From positions 896,001 through 960,000 of the forward strand of contig CAWEEQ010000004.1 of assembly GCA_963808235.1 (NCBI GenBank): DNA of 64,000 nt. The letters are read 5' to 3'. The notes beneath the pieces are model-generated. The model made no database searches and was not told the origin of the DNA. It saw only the letters and a program-made list of their open reading frames with translations. Source of the DNA: an uncultured delta proteobacterium. Its GTDB lineage: Bacteria; Desulfobacterota; Binatia; Binatales; Binataceae. This document shows, piece by piece, positions 38,218 to 50,010 of the stretch (position 1 is the first letter of the stretch; each line of letters starts with the position of its first letter). The position numbers and the translations under genes were made by a program.

Positions 38218-39114
38218 ATGCCGGAACTGCCAGATGTAACCGTATATGTGGAAGCTCTGCGAGATCGCCTTGTCGGTCATCGCCTGCTCCGCAGCTTCGT
38301 TAAGGTCCCGTTTCTGCTCCGCTCAGCCAGACCACCGCTTTCCGCCACTCAGGGCGGGACCGTCTCCGAAGTGCGGCGCTTAGGCAAACAGATCGCCATC
38401 GGGCTCACCGGCGGTCTCTGGCTGGTGCTCCATCTCAAAATCGCGGGTCGGCTCCATTGGAAGAATGGGGCCTTGAAAGTCGGCGGTCGAAACCTGCTCG
38501 CGATATTTGAATTCGATAACGGCTCGCTGACCCTGACCGAGGCCGGCACGACCCGCCGTGCGGCGCTGTACGTGACCGCGGGCGAGGCCGGTATCGATAA
38601 TCTCAACCCCGGCGGAATCGAGCCGCTCGAAGCAACGCTCGATGGGTTCGGCGCCGCGATCCGCTCAGCCAACCATACCCTGAAGCGGGCGCTCACCGAT
38701 CCGCATCTGCTGAGCGGGATCGGCAACGCCTATTCCGATGAGATTCTGCATCGCGCGCAGCTTTCGCCGGTTGCGATGACCCAGCAGCTCACCGCCGATG
38801 AAATTGACCGCCTCTATGCAGCAACTCGCGCCACGCTGCTTGAATGGACCGAGCGTCTGCGCGCCGAAGCACGGGGCGCGTTCCCGGAAAACGTCACTGC
38901 CTTCCGCCCCGGGATGGCCGTGCACGGCCGCTACGGCGAGCCATGCCCGCGATGCGGCGCCAAAGTTCAGCACATTCGCTACGCCTCCAACGAAACCAAC
39001 TATTGCGCGCGATGCCAGACCGGCGGACGCCTCCTCGCCGACCGCGCACTGTCCCGCCTCTTACACAAAGACTGGCCCCGCACCCTGGACGAACTCGAAG
39101 CCCGCCGCCGATGA
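38218..39114 (+). CDS. Fpg/Nei family DNA glycosylase
   Basis: N-terminal MPELPDV, RLGKQI, GIGNAYSDEIL (H2TH), C-terminal CPRC..CARCQ zinc finger. Confidence 0.92.
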   Translation: MPELPDVTVYVEALRDRLVGHRLLRSFVKVPFLLRSARPPLSATQGGTVSEVRRLGKQIAIGLTGGLWLVLHLKIAGRLHWKNGALKVGGRNLLAIFEFDNGSLTLTEAGTTRRAALYVTAGEAGIDNLNPGGIEPLEATLDGFGAAIRSANHTLKRALTDPHLLSGIGNAYSDEILHRAQLSPVAMTQQLTADEIDRLYAATRATLLEWTERLRAEARGAFPENVTAFRPGMAVHGRYGEPCPRCGAKVQHIRYASNETNYCARCQTGGRLLADRALSRLLHKDWPRTLDELEARRR

Positions 39115-39151
39115 TCCGCGCAAACCGCGTTAGGTCCCGCCGCCGAGGACT

Positions 39152-39808
39152 GTGATGGCATCCGCCAACGATATTGCCAACGCCTTTCTTCTTGTCTACG
39201 CGGGGTTGTTTCCGATCGTAAATCCGATCGGCGGGGCGCCGATTTTCCTGGGCCTGACCCGGTACTGCACCGAGAACGAACGCAACACGCTTGCGCTTCG
39301 GGTTACGCTCAACAGCTTCTTCCTGTTGCTCGGGTCGCTGCTGGTCGGTTCTTATGTGCTCGAGTTCTTCGGCATCACGCTGCCGATCTTGCGCATCGCC
39401 GGCGGACTTGTCGTGACTGCAACCGGTTGGAACCTTCTCCAGGCTAAAGATGATCAAGGCCAGCGAGCCGCCCATCAGCCGGCGCCCGAGACCGACGCGT
39501 TTTATCCCCTCACCATGCCAATCACCGTGGGTCCCGGATCGATCGCGGTGGCTATCACGCTCGGCGGGCAGCGGCCGCGCGGGGTCGGTCTGACGCATCT
39601 CGCAGCACTCGGCGGCGCGGCGCTGGCGGGCGTCGTCGCAATCGCGGTAACTATTTTTGTGTGCTACCGATTTGCGGAAGGCACCGTCGGAGCGCTCGGC
39701 GAGCAGGGCACCAAGGTGGTGGTGCGGCTATCGGCCTTCATCCTGGTGTGCATCGGCATCGAAATCATTTGGAGCGGCTATAGCGCCCTCATCCACGTGG
39801 CCGGTTGA
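39152..39808 (+). CDS. MarC family membrane protein
   Basis: LFPIVNPIG, FFGITLPILRIAGG, YPLTMPITVGPGSI. Confidence 0.92.
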   Translation: MMASANDIANAFLLVYAGLFPIVNPIGGAPIFLGLTRYCTENERNTLALRVTLNSFFLLLGSLLVGSYVLEFFGITLPILRIAGGLVVTATGWNLLQAKDDQGQRAAHQPAPETDAFYPLTMPITVGPGSIAVAITLGGQRPRGVGLTHLAALGGAALAGVVAIAVTIFVCYRFAEGTVGALGEQGTKVVVRLSAFILVCIGIEIIWSGYSALIHVAG

Positions 39809-39901
39809 TTGCCGAGCGCGCCCAAGTCCTGCTCGAAGCGGCGCTTGCCTCTTCCACCCGCCGGGGTTCAGTTTTGTACGGGCATTGGGAGGCCCACCAG
39901 G

Positions 39902-41296
39902 ATGTCACTTCATAGAAAACATGACTCCGGCAGGAAGGCGTCTGACGTTATCTACGCTTCCGGCGATCTTTCCCAGTCGGTTCCAAAGCACAAGATTCCC
40001 CGCGAGGAGCGCTCGCCGCGAACTGCTTACGCACTTGTTCACGATGAGCTGTTGCTGGATGGAAACTCGCGCCAGAACCTCGCGACCTTCTGCACCACAT
40101 GGATGGAGCCCGAGGTGCAGAACCTTATGGCCGAGTGCATCGACAAGAATATGTGCGACAAGGACGAGTATCCGCAGACGGCCGAGATCGAGGCTCGATG
40201 CGTTCACATCCTGGGCGATCTGTGGAATTCGCCCGCCGGCTCAAACACCATCGGCTGCTCCACGACTGGCTCCAGCGAAGCGGCGATGCTCGGAGGTCTG
40301 GCGGCGAAATGGCGCTGGAGAGCCAGGATGCGCGCGCAGGGAAAGTCTGCCGATAAGCCGAATCTCGTCTGCGGGCCGGTGCAGGTCTGCTGGCACAAGT
40401 TCGGCCGGTACTTCGATGTCGAGATCCGCGAGGTTCCGGTCGAAGGCGAGCGGCTGCTGATGGGCCCGGAACAGGCGCTGGCTCGATGCGATGAAAACAC
40501 CATCATGGTGGTCCCCACGCTCGGGGTGACGACCTGCTGCCAGTATGAGCCGGTTCAGGCAATCTCCAATGCCTTGGACAATCTCGAGAAGAACAGCGGA
40601 CTCGACATCCCAATCCATGTGGACGCCGCCAGCGGAGGCTTTCTCGCTCCGTTCTGCGACCCCGACCTCGCATGGGACTTCCGGCTTCCGAGAGTTAAGT
40701 CAATCAACACTTCGGGGCACAAGTTTGGCCTGGCTCCGCTCGGCGTCGGCTGGGTGATCTGGCGCGACCACGCAGACCTGCCCGAAGATTTGATTTTCCA
40801 TGTCAATTACCTGGGCGGCGACATGCCGACCTTCGCGTTGAACTTTTCGCGCCCGGCCGGGCAAATCGTCTGCCAGTACTACAATTTTCTCCGGCTCGGT
40901 TTCGAAGGTTACCGGAAAATTCAAAACGCCTGTTACCATACGGCACAGCACCTGGCGGACGAGATCGACAGGATGGGCCCGTTTCGCGTCATCCACGACG
41001 GGCACGGCGGACTTCCCGCGGTTTGCTGGACGCTCAAAGAGGGCAGTGGCCATGGCTTCACTCTCTACGATCTTTCCGACCGGCTCCGTGCGCGCGGATG
41101 GCAGGTTCCAGCCTACTCGATGCCGCCGAAGCGCGAGGATCTCGTGGTTCAGCGGATACTGGTTCGCCACGGCGTGAGCCGTGACCTCGGGGACCTGCTG
41201 CTGGAAGATATCCGCCGCTCGCTGGCGCTGCTCGAAAAGCATCCCATCTCACGGCCGCTCAGTGAGACTGAGGCGGGCGGCTACAATCACAACTGA
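39902..41296 (+). CDS. gadB: glutamate decarboxylase
   Basis: [42 protein letters not shown] (PLP lysine), QYYNFLRLG; start ATG 39902. Confidence 0.93.
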   Translation: MSLHRKHDSGRKASDVIYASGDLSQSVPKHKIPREERSPRTAYALVHDELLLDGNSRQNLATFCTTWMEPEVQNLMAECIDKNMCDKDEYPQTAEIEARCVHILGDLWNSPAGSNTIGCSTTGSSEAAMLGGLAAKWRWRARMRAQGKSADKPNLVCGPVQVCWHKFGRYFDVEIREVPVEGERLLMGPEQALARCDENTIMVVPTLGVTTCCQYEPVQAISNALDNLEKNSGLDIPIHVDAASGGFLAPFCDPDLAWDFRLPRVKSINTSGHKFGLAPLGVGWVIWRDHADLPEDLIFHVNYLGGDMPTFALNFSRPAGQIVCQYYNFLRLGFEGYRKIQNACYHTAQHLADEIDRMGPFRVIHDGHGGLPAVCWTLKEGSGHGFTLYDLSDRLRARGWQVPAYSMPPKREDLVVQRILVRHGVSRDLGDLLLEDIRRSLALLEKHPISRPLSETEAGGYNHN

Positions 41297-41353
41297 GAAT
41301 GAGGTTCGCAACCGGAAAATCGTGATTATCTTTACTCCCCAGGAGTATCGAAG

Positions 41354-42400
41354 ATGCGTTCATCATTGAGATTGGTTTCGGATAGCAGCGCTCTCAGCAG
41401 CAACGGTTCGGTCTCTCATGATTCTTCCGATGATCGTCTGTTCGACGCATATTCGCACGCGGTGATGGGCGCTGCGGAGTCTGTCAGCCCGGCGGTGGTA
41501 AATATCGAGGTCGCCCACCCATCCAGGCGACACGCGGGCAATGCGCGGAATCAGGATGCGCCTGCGGGAAGCGGCTCGGGCTTCATCGTCGCGCCCGACG
41601 GATACATCATTACCAATAGCCACGTCGTTCACCGCGCATCGCGAATCTCGGTCACGCTTTCCGACGGCCGAAAATCGGAGGCGCAACTGATCGGCGACGA
41701 TCCGGACAGCGACCTTGCTGTGATTCGAATATTCGGGTCGAACCTGGCCGCCGCGTCGCTCGGTGACTCGCACGCGATTCGCGTGGGTCAGCTCGCGATC
41801 GCGATCGGAAATCCGTATGGCTTCCAATGCACCGTTACCGCGGGCGTCGTGAGCGCGCTTGGGCGCTCGCTCCGGACTGGTTCGGGCCGATTGGTGGACA
41901 ACGTCATCCAGACCGACGCCGCGTTGAATCCCGGCAACTCCGGCGGCCCGCTGGTCAACTCGCGCGGCGAGGTGATCGGGGTCAACACCGCGATTATTCT
42001 GCCGGCGCAGGGAATCTGCTTCGCGATCGCGATCAACAGTGCAAAACTCGTCGCAGGCCATCTGATCAAGGACGGCAAGATAAGCCGGGGCTACATCGGA
42101 ATCGCCGGCCACAACGTCGAGTTGCCGCGCCGTTTCGTCCGCTTCTACCGCCTGCCCGCGGAAACCGCGGTGCGGGTCGCAGCGGTCGAACCTGACAGTC
42201 CGGCGGCGCGCGGCGGTGTCAAAGAAGGCGACCTGCTGATTCGATTCGGCGACTTTTCGATCGCCGGCATCGACGACCTGCAGCGCCATCTCACGATGAG
42301 CCAGGTCGGGATTCGTACGCCGGTCGCGGTGATTCGCGGCGCCGATCAGCTGACGCTCGATCTCGTTCCGGCTGAAGCCGCTCACAAATCAAGCGAGTGA
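41354..42400 (+). CDS. HtrA/DegS-like trypsin protease with PDZ domain
   Basis: GSGSGFI, TNSHVV, SDLAVI, IQTDAALNPGNSGGPL, single PDZ; no signal peptide evident. Confidence 0.93.
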   Translation: MRSSLRLVSDSSALSSNGSVSHDSSDDRLFDAYSHAVMGAAESVSPAVVNIEVAHPSRRHAGNARNQDAPAGSGSGFIVAPDGYIITNSHVVHRASRISVTLSDGRKSEAQLIGDDPDSDLAVIRIFGSNLAAASLGDSHAIRVGQLAIAIGNPYGFQCTVTAGVVSALGRSLRTGSGRLVDNVIQTDAALNPGNSGGPLVNSRGEVIGVNTAIILPAQGICFAIAINSAKLVAGHLIKDGKISRGYIGIAGHNVELPRRFVRFYRLPAETAVRVAAVEPDSPAARGGVKEGDLLIRFGDFSIAGIDDLQRHLTMSQVGIRTPVAVIRGADQLTLDLVPAEAAHKSSE

Positions 42401-42533
42401 GTCTCCGGTAAGACTTTTCACTAGTTGGAATCTCCAGCTTCACTTTCCCTCAACCTGTTGGCGATGATAAACGAGCACAGTGGACACACACTTGCCTGGG
42501 AAAAGATTAAATTCAGAGCGCCGGATCACTCGA

Positions 42534-43739
42534 ATGTTTGCGCGGAGCGTCGCGGCAAGTCTCGCGATAGGGCTCTCGTTCGCAGTCTTCTTCGCAGTTT
42601 TCGGCTGTAAGAAAGCCGCGCCCGTGGCGGTGGCTCCGATGCCGGAAGTCGTGGTTACCGACGTTGTTCAACGCGACGTGCCGGTCTACTCGGATTGGGT
42701 GGGGACGACCCAGGGATTCGTAAATGCGGACATCTATCCGAAAATATCCGGCTACCTGCTGAAGCAAAACTACAAGGACGGCGATCACGTGCGCGCCGGC
42801 CAGCTGCTGTTTCAAATTGACGATCGCGAATACAAGGCGGCGCTTGACCAGGCGATCGGCGACCTCGGCCAGAAGCAGGCCGATTACAAGAAGAACAAAC
42901 AGGATCTCGACAAATACACACCCCTCTACCAGCAACAAGTGATCAGCAGGCAGGATTTCGATCACGTGAATCAATCGACACGCGCGAGTGCGGCCGGGGT
43001 GGCCTCCGCGCAGGCCGCGGTCGAGAGCGCGAAGCTCAACGAACAGTGGACCCAGGTGAATTCTCCTATCGATGGAATCGCGGGAATAGCGAAGACGCAG
43101 GTCGGAAACCTGGTCAGCCCGACGTCGCTGCTAACCACGGTCTCGCAAGTCGATCCGATCAAAGTCGAGTTTCCAATCAGCGAGCGGGAATACCTGCACT
43201 TCGCGGATAAAATCAATCGGCATGAGAAAGTAGGAGACCAGAAAACAGATCCGGACCTGGAAATGGTCCTTGCCGACGGCAGCACCTATAAGTATCGCGG
43301 TCGATTCTACGTCGCGAATCGGCAGGTCAATATCCAAACCGGCACCATCAAGATCCAGGGAGTCTTTCCGAATCCAGAAGACACTCTGCGCCCCGGACTG
43401 TATGCGAAAATTCGCTCGGCTACCGATGTGCAGAAAAACGCGGTGCTGGTGCCGCAGGCCGCGGTGCTCGAGACTCAAGGCCAGTACCAGGTCGCGGTGG
43501 TGGGACCCGACAACAAGGTCACTCTGCGAGCCGTAACAATCGGCAAGCAGGTGGGCGACCTCCGGATTGTCGATCAGGGAGTGTCGCCCGGCGAGCGCGT
43601 CATCACTGAGGGGTTGCAGAAAGTCTCGGACGGGATGGAAGTGAAGGCGCGAGAAGTGCCCGCGGAGCCCGCGGCCGCAGCGCCATCCTCGGCGGTGCAA
43701 GCGCCTTCGAACGCCGCGACTCCCGGCAGCCAGAGCTGA
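42534..43739 (+). CDS. RND efflux periplasmic adaptor (MFP)
   Basis: Lipoprotein-like [31 protein letters not shown]. Confidence 0.92.
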   Translation: MFARSVAASLAIGLSFAVFFAVFGCKKAAPVAVAPMPEVVVTDVVQRDVPVYSDWVGTTQGFVNADIYPKISGYLLKQNYKDGDHVRAGQLLFQIDDREYKAALDQAIGDLGQKQADYKKNKQDLDKYTPLYQQQVISRQDFDHVNQSTRASAAGVASAQAAVESAKLNEQWTQVNSPIDGIAGIAKTQVGNLVSPTSLLTTVSQVDPIKVEFPISEREYLHFADKINRHEKVGDQKTDPDLEMVLADGSTYKYRGRFYVANRQVNIQTGTIKIQGVFPNPEDTLRPGLYAKIRSATDVQKNAVLVPQAAVLETQGQYQVAVVGPDNKVTLRAVTIGKQVGDLRIVDQGVSPGERVITEGLQKVSDGMEVKAREVPAEPAAAAPSSAVQAPSNAATPGSQS

Positions 43740-46700
43740 TGTCCAAGTTCTTCATCAACCGGCCGATCGTAGCGATCGTAATCGCGATTTTCTTCGTGAT
43801 AACCGGCGCCGTGATGATCCTGCGGCTGCCGGTCGCCCAGTTCCCCGAAATCGTGCCGCCCCAGATCCAGACCGTCGCGACATATACCGGCGCTGACGCC
43901 GTCACCGTCGAGCAGTCGGTCGCCACGCCGATCGAGGAGCAGGTGAACGGCGCAAAGAACATGATCTACATGCAGTCGATCAACGGCGACGACGGAACGA
44001 TGACGCTGGAGGTCAGCTTCGATGTCTCGACCGATGTCGATCTTGATCAGGTCCAGGTCCAGAATCGGCTTTCGCAGGCACTGTCGAGTCTGCCTGCTGA
44101 GGTCAGCAACTTCGGTCTGACTACCCAGCAGACCGTCGGGATCCCGCTGATGGTCTTTGCGATTACTTCTCCCAAGGCAACCTGGGATCAGAATTTTCTC
44201 TCCAATTATGTTGCAATCAATATTGAGGACGAGCTGGCGCGAATTCCCGGGATCGGGCAGGTGAAGGTCTTCGGGGCGTCGAGTTATGCGATGCGGATCT
44301 GGGTCGCCCCGGATACTCTGGCCAAACTTCAATTGACCGTCGCCGACATCGAGAACGCGATCTCTGCCCAAAACGTCGTCAACCCCGCCGGCACGCTGGG
44401 CGGAGAGCCCGCCCCCCCAGGACAACAGGAAACCTATACCGTGCGCGCCAAGGGGCGCCTGCTGAACGCGGAGGAATTCGGCAACATCATTTTGCGCGCA
44501 AACCCCGACGGCTCGCTGGTGCGGCTCAAGGACGTCGCTCGTATCGAACTCGGAGCGCAGAGCTACACGCAACAGGCCTACATGAACGGTTCTCCTTCCG
44601 CGCTACTGCTGCTGTTTCAGAACCCTGGCTCGAACGCGCTCAGCGCCGCCAACCGCGCAAAAGCGAAGATGCATGACCTGGCCAAAAAATTTCCGCAGGA
44701 CATGCAGGTCGCGCTGACTCTCGATACTACGGTTCCGGTGACGGAAGGTGCCCGCGAGATCATTAAAACCCTCCTCGAGGCGATCGCGCTGGTGACGCTG
44801 GTGGTGTTCATCTTCCTGCAAAGTTGGCGGGCGACCCTGATCCCGCTTCTCACAATCCCGGTCTCGCTGGTGGGAGCGTTCATGTTCTTCCCCGCGGTCG
44901 GGTTTTCGGTCAACACGCTCTCGCTGCTGGGGCTCGTGCTCGCGGTTGGCCTGGTGGTCGACGACGCGATCGTCGTGGTCGAAGCAATCGAGGCGAAAAT
45001 CGAACAGGGACGCTCGCCACGCGATGCGGCGCTGGAGGCGATGGATGAAGTTGGCGGAGCGTTGGTCGGGATCGCGCTTGTTCTGTCGGCGGTCTTCATC
45101 CCGGCCGGGTTCCTGGCCGGCATCACCGGCTCGCTCTATCGCCAGTTCGCGCTCACGATCGCATTCTCAGTGATCCTGTCGGCCTTCAACGCGCTCACGC
45201 TAAGCCCGGCCCTTGGCGCGCTCCTGCTCCGGCCGAAAAGCACGACACCGTCACGAAGCCCGCTCGCGCGCTTCTTCGGCGCATTCAACTCGGGGTTCGC
45301 GCGGGTGCAGAAGGGCTACGTGAGTATTTCCGGGTTGCTCATCCGACGGGTCGTGCTGGCGCTCGCAATCCTGGTTGGCTTCACGGTGCTGGCGGGCGGA
45401 CTAGGAAGAGTGCTGCCGCAATCGTTCTTGCCGGACGAAGACCAGGGCTGGTTCGTAATCAACTTGCAGCTGCCCGAAGCGGCGTCGCTTCAGCGCACCA
45501 ACGCGTTGATGAAGAAGATCGATGCGATCCTCAAGCAAGAGCCGGATATTCAATACAGCAACGAGATCGCCGGCTACAGTCTGCTTTCGCAAACCACCAG
45601 CACCCGCAGCGGCACCTACTTTTGTCTGCTGCAGCCGTATGATCGTCGGAGAACAGCTGCGCAGCAATGCGCGCAGATCGTCGCGCGATTGAACCAGAAG
45701 TTGTTTGCGTTGTCGGAGGCGCAGGTTTTTGCGTTCCTTCCGCCGGCGATTCCCGGCATCGGGCAGGCCAGCGGCGTCGATTTCTTCATACAGGATCGCG
45801 CCGGCAAGAGCGTCGACTACTTATGGCAAAATACCCAGAAGTTTCTCGCCGCGGCGAACAAACGCCCTGAATTCGCGCGGCTCAATCTCACCTTCAGTCC
45901 GGCGGGGCCGCAGATGTACGCCGCCGTCGACCATGACAAGGTCTTCAAACTCGGTGTCGCCATCGATGATGTGTATCGCGCGCTGCAGACTCTGCTCGGC
46001 GGCTTCTACGTGAACCAGTTCAACCGCTTCGGCCGGGTGTGGAAGGTGTTTGTCGAGGCGGAGCCGCAGTATCGAACCAGAGCCACCGACGTGGGGCAGT
46101 TCTACGTGCGCAATAAAAACGGTGGGATGGTGCCATTGTCTACGCTGGTCGATATGCGACGCGTGTTCGGCCCGGAGTATACGACGCGGTTCAACGAGTA
46201 TCGAAGCGTCGAGATTTTCGCCGCTCCTGCGCCCGGCTACAGCACCGGCCAGGCGATGAAAGCGGTGACGCAGGTCGCCGACCAGGTCTTGCCGCGCGAC
46301 ATGGGAACCGCGTGGAACGGCATCTCGTATCAGCAATCGGTCGCGCAAGGCGGCGCAGGAGTGTTTGCGTTGTCGCTACTGCTCGTCTTCCTGATTCTGG
46401 CCGCTCTCTACGAAAGTTGGTCGCTGCCGTTCAGCGTGCTGCTGAGCGTGCCGGTGGCAGTCTGTGGCGCGTTCTTCGGGCTATGGTCGCGTCACTACGA
46501 CAATGATGTCTACGCGCAGATCGGGCTCGTCATGTTGATCGGGCTGTCGGCCAAGAACGCCATCCTGATCGTCGAGTTCGCCAAGGCCGAGCTCGAGAAG
46601 GGCGAGTCGATCGTCGATGCCGCGCTGAACGGCGCGCGCTTGCGATTGCGCCCGATTCTGATGACCTCGTTCGCTTTCATCTTCGGCTTGATGCCGCTGT

Positions 46701-46936
46701 GGACGGCTCTGGGAGCGGGCGCGGTGGCGCGCCGCCTGATCGGCACGGTCACTATCGTGGGCACGGTGTTCGGCTGTGCCTTCGCGATTTTCCTGGTCCC
46801 GATGCTCTTTGTGATCGTCGAGCGGATTTCGCGATGGTGGAGCGGCGGGAAGCCGGAGGGCACAAAAGCGCCGGCCTCGGCGCCTGCGGATGCCTCCGTG
46901 TCCGCACCGGAACGCGCCGCGAGTGGCGGCGCTTGA
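43739..46936 (+). CDS. RND efflux transporter, HAE1 family
   Basis: [53 protein letters not shown]. Confidence 0.95.
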   Translation: MSKFFINRPIVAIVIAIFFVITGAVMILRLPVAQFPEIVPPQIQTVATYTGADAVTVEQSVATPIEEQVNGAKNMIYMQSINGDDGTMTLEVSFDVSTDVDLDQVQVQNRLSQALSSLPAEVSNFGLTTQQTVGIPLMVFAITSPKATWDQNFLSNYVAINIEDELARIPGIGQVKVFGASSYAMRIWVAPDTLAKLQLTVADIENAISAQNVVNPAGTLGGEPAPPGQQETYTVRAKGRLLNAEEFGNIILRANPDGSLVRLKDVARIELGAQSYTQQAYMNGSPSALLLLFQNPGSNALSAANRAKAKMHDLAKKFPQDMQVALTLDTTVPVTEGAREIIKTLLEAIALVTLVVFIFLQSWRATLIPLLTIPVSLVGAFMFFPAVGFSVNTLSLLGLVLAVGLVVDDAIVVVEAIEAKIEQGRSPRDAALEAMDEVGGALVGIALVLSAVFIPAGFLAGITGSLYRQFALTIAFSVILSAFNALTLSPALGALLLRPKSTTPSRSPLARFFGAFNSGFARVQKGYVSISGLLIRRVVLALAILVGFTVLAGGLGRVLPQSFLPDEDQGWFVINLQLPEAASLQRTNALMKKIDAILKQEPDIQYSNEIAGYSLLSQTTSTRSGTYFCLLQPYDRRRTAAQQCAQIVARLNQKLFALSEAQVFAFLPPAIPGIGQASGVDFFIQDRAGKSVDYLWQNTQKFLAAANKRPEFARLNLTFSPAGPQMYAAVDHDKVFKLGVAIDDVYRALQTLLGGFYVNQFNRFGRVWKVFVEAEPQYRTRATDVGQFYVRNKNGGMVPLSTLVDMRRVFGPEYTTRFNEYRSVEIFAAPAPGYSTGQAMKAVTQVADQVLPRDMGTAWNGISYQQSVAQGGAGVFALSLLLVFLILAALYESWSLPFSVLLSVPVAVCGAFFGLWSRHYDNDVYAQIGLVMLIGLSAKNAILIVEFAKAELEKGESIVDAALNGARLRLRPILMTSFAFIFGLMPLWTALGAGAVARRLIGTVTIVGTVFGCAFAIFLVPMLFVIVERISRWWSGGKPEGTKAPASAPADASVSAPERAASGGA

Positions 46937-46957
46937 AGATCACCTGCGTCGCGAGTC

Positions 46958-48277
46958 TTACTTGATTGTTCGCGCGGTTGCCTGGATGCGATCCATCCAG
47001 AACACGAGCCTGGGTGTGTAATCGTCGGGCAGGCAGTCACTGCAGATCTCTTCGGCGAGACGGGTCAGGTTCTCGAGCGCAATCTGCAGAGGCTCGGAGC
47101 GCACGAACCCCGGCGGCAAATGCATCAGGAGGTCGGACAATACGTTCAGCGCCGATGCCAGGTGGGCAAGAATCGTAGCGAGGACCCTTTCCTCTATGAC
47201 GAGCCGCGGCTGATAGAGCAGATCGTGAATCGTGCGCATCTCACCCAGAAAGATCAGGGCTGCGCTGTCCAGCCGCGCGCTGATTCCGGCCAGCGGAGCC
47301 CGCGCGTCGGACATCTCGGCGATTGACAGCACGTCCGAGATCACCATGTGCAGGTTGGTCTGGACGCGATCGAGTCGTTCTTCGAACGTGATCCGGTGAA
47401 TCTCGAGGACCAGTTCTTCCTGCCGATGCGAAACGAATTTCGCGACCACCGCGCCAAAAATAAGCAGTGCGCTGATAGCCTCCGCGATCGCGATCCCTCG
47501 CGCGATCCCAACCGGTACGATATCGCCATAGCCCAGGGAAGTGGCAGTTACGAAACTGAAATAAATCGCGGTTGCAAACCCCCTGAGGTCGGCGCCAACC
47601 GGGGATCCTGCTTCGACCAGCCCGCGTCCGCCCGCCACCATAACAAGCCAGTAGCCGAGGCCGCCCAGCACGATCATTCCTATCCAGACGAGGAATAACT
47701 GCAAAGTTGACTGTCGCTCGATCAGCTGTAGGAAGGACCTGTCCCACCCACGCATGCTCGACACGCGTGCGGGAACCCGGCCCATCTCGCCATCGGCTGA
47801 AACTGCCAGCGGAGGCCCCATCAGCATCGCCATTCGCGGTGCCGGCTCCGACCCCGCTTCTGCGACGCTCTCGGTTGGTTCTCCCGATTCCATCCAGTCG
47901 GCGATACCGGCGCGATAATCGCGGACGTTCCAGTAGCCGAGCTTGTGCAACTGATCCAACGCCTGGTCGCTCAGGTCGCAGGTCAGTTTTCCGCAATAGA
48001 CTACGATTTCGGCGGCGCGGTCGGGGAGGAGATCGGGCGCACGACTCGTTATCTCCTCAAGCGGGATGTTGAGTGCGCCGGGAATGTGCGCCGCCTTGAA
48101 GGACGCCGCGGGCAACACGTCCACGATAGTAAGCGAAGGATCGCCGAGTCGTCCGCGGAGTTCTTCGCGCGAGATCTCCTGCGCGTCCGCGGGGATATCG
48201 CCCTTGGCTTCAGAATTCACAATCTTGAAGGGCTGACCCATCTTAACAAAATAACCCTCAATTGAATCTTTGGCCAC
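46958..48277 (-). CDS. rhodanese domain fused to a two-TM potassium-channel domain
   Basis: IVDV..AHIPGALNIP..VVYCGKLTC..GY..AGIADW (rhodanese); AIYFSFVTATSLGYGDIVP (K+ pore). Confidence 0.85.
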   Translation of the reverse strand: MAKDSIEGYFVKMGQPFKIVNSEAKGDIPADAQEISREELRGRLGDPSLTIVDVLPAASFKAAHIPGALNIPLEEITSRAPDLLPDRAAEIVVYCGKLTCDLSDQALDQLHKLGYWNVRDYRAGIADWMESGEPTESVAEAGSEPAPRMAMLMGPPLAVSADGEMGRVPARVSSMRGWDRSFLQLIERQSTLQLFLVWIGMIVLGGLGYWLVMVAGGRGLVEAGSPVGADLRGFATAIYFSFVTATSLGYGDIVPVGIARGIAIAEAISALLIFGAVVAKFVSHRQEELVLEIHRITFEERLDRVQTNLHMVISDVLSIAEMSDARAPLAGISARLDSAALIFLGEMRTIHDLLYQPRLVIEERVLATILAHLASALNVLSDLLMHLPPGFVRSEPLQIALENLTRLAEEICSDCLPDDYTPRLVFWMDRIQATARTIK

Positions 48278-48384
48278 TGCGGAAAATCAGCGCATTTTCG
48301 TTCTCAAAAGGAGTCCGCTTCGATCAATCCAGGGCGATTGTGCTATGCGAGATTGATCCGCAAGGAGCGTGAGGGAGACCGGCA

Positions 48385-49152
48385 ATGCCAGCTTTATCCG
48401 CGATCGTGGAGCAACTCATCGATGGTCCGGGATACATTCTGATCCCAAGCCTGATGCACGCGTCCGATGCGGCCGAGGCGCGCTCACGCGCGTTGGAAGT
48501 CGCGGCCTCGCCGTCCGCTTCCACGTTTGGCAGGCGCAATGAAAGAACCGGGCAGCAACACGTTCGCGGACTGCTGGGGCACGGCGAGATTTTCGAGCGG
48601 ATCGTGCAGCATCCGACGCTTATCGAAATCGCCGAAGCGATGCTGGGCGACGACATGACGCTCGGCGCTTACTCCGCGCGGATTTTGCATCCGGGAGCGG
48701 TCGAGATGGGCGTTCATATCGACTACCCATACTGGGCGATGCGTGGGCCGTTTACATTGCGCCCGCCCATGATGGTTCAGGTGATCTGGATGCTGCAGGA
48801 TTTCACCGAGCGCAACGGCGCGACGCTGGTTGCGCCGAAGAGCCAATTGCGATGCGCGCGACCCAATGCCGAGGAGTTCGCGCGCGAGGCGATCAAAGTC
48901 ACCGGCGGCGCCGGCGATGCGATCATCTCGCACGGGCTGCTGTGGCACGACACTTCGCAAAATCACACCGCGGTGCCGCGCGTGGCCCTTTTGATCAACT
49001 ATGGTCTGAAGGTGATTCGGCCGCTCGATTCGGAAATAGCGAGAGTTCCACCTGGTGTAATGGAACGCGCGACGCCGAAACTTCGCCAGTTGCTGGGATT
49101 GGAATTCGCGAACTCACTCGCACGCGATCTCACGCGGCAGAAGCTTTACTGA
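48385..49152 (+). CDS. phytanoyl-CoA dioxygenase (PhyH) family Fe/2OG oxygenase
   Basis: HID (HxD), DFTERNGAT..PKS, AGD..LWH, PR. Confidence 0.85.
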   Translation: MPALSAIVEQLIDGPGYILIPSLMHASDAAEARSRALEVAASPSASTFGRRNERTGQQHVRGLLGHGEIFERIVQHPTLIEIAEAMLGDDMTLGAYSARILHPGAVEMGVHIDYPYWAMRGPFTLRPPMMVQVIWMLQDFTERNGATLVAPKSQLRCARPNAEEFAREAIKVTGGAGDAIISHGLLWHDTSQNHTAVPRVALLINYGLKVIRPLDSEIARVPPGVMERATPKLRQLLGLEFANSLARDLTRQKLY

Positions 49153-49203
49153 ATCGACCACCCAGACGCGGCGCAATTCGCAACCGCGAATTGAGGGAGG
49201 AGC

Positions 49204-50004
49204 ATGATCCTAGACTGGATCTACAACAACCCGACCTGGCTCTGGGGCACGATCCTGGTTGCGCTCTTCACCGCGCTCTCATGCGCCGGACTGCTCGTCT
49301 TTCATCGCCTGGTGCACGTCAGCGTACGCAGGGCGCACAACGATCTGGCCGGCTTCACCATTGCTGTTATCGGAGTGCTATACGCGGTTCTGCTCGCTTT
49401 CATCGCGATCGCTACGTGGGAATCGTTCAGCAAGGCGTCCGATATCGTCGAAGACGAGTCAGACTATGCCGGCGGAATTTACCTCGATACCCAGGGCTTG
49501 CCGCAGGCCAAGGGCCAGCCGATCCGCGACGCTGTTGCGCGCTATGTCAGCGTTGTCATCAACGACGAATGGCCGCTCCAGCGGGCTGGCAAGACACCCG
49601 GACAGGGATGGAAACCGCTGCGCGATCTCGATATGGCGATCGCATCCATCCAACCCCAGAATCTTGGTGAAGCGGTGATCCAGGCCGAGTTGCTCAAGAC
49701 CTGGAACCTGCTCTACGTGACGCGCAGCAGCCGCCTCTCCGCTGTCCAGGGACACGTTCCCGGCGTGGTCTGGTGGATCGTATTCTTCGGCGCGGCGATC
49801 ACCACCGGCTTCACCTACTTTTTCGGCTACCAGAACTTTGGGATGCATCTGGCGATGACCGGCACACTAGCGGCCACGCTCGCGCTGGTCGTGGTGCTGA
49901 TAGTCGCGCTTGACTGGCCGTTCCGCGGCGAGATCAGTGTCACTCCCGATCCTTTCATCATGACTCAACAATCATGGTCCGAAGTGCCGTCCGGCAAGCA
50001 ATAG
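49204..50004 (+). CDS. DUF4239 / bestrophin-like membrane protein
   Basis: GVLYAVLLAF, VINDEWP, LDWPFRGEISV. Confidence 0.8.
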   Translation: MILDWIYNNPTWLWGTILVALFTALSCAGLLVFHRLVHVSVRRAHNDLAGFTIAVIGVLYAVLLAFIAIATWESFSKASDIVEDESDYAGGIYLDTQGLPQAKGQPIRDAVARYVSVVINDEWPLQRAGKTPGQGWKPLRDLDMAIASIQPQNLGEAVIQAELLKTWNLLYVTRSSRLSAVQGHVPGVVWWIVFFGAAITTGFTYFFGYQNFGMHLAMTGTLAATLALVVVLIVALDWPFRGEISVTPDPFIMTQQSWSEVPSGKQ

Positions 50005-50010
50005 GAGGTT

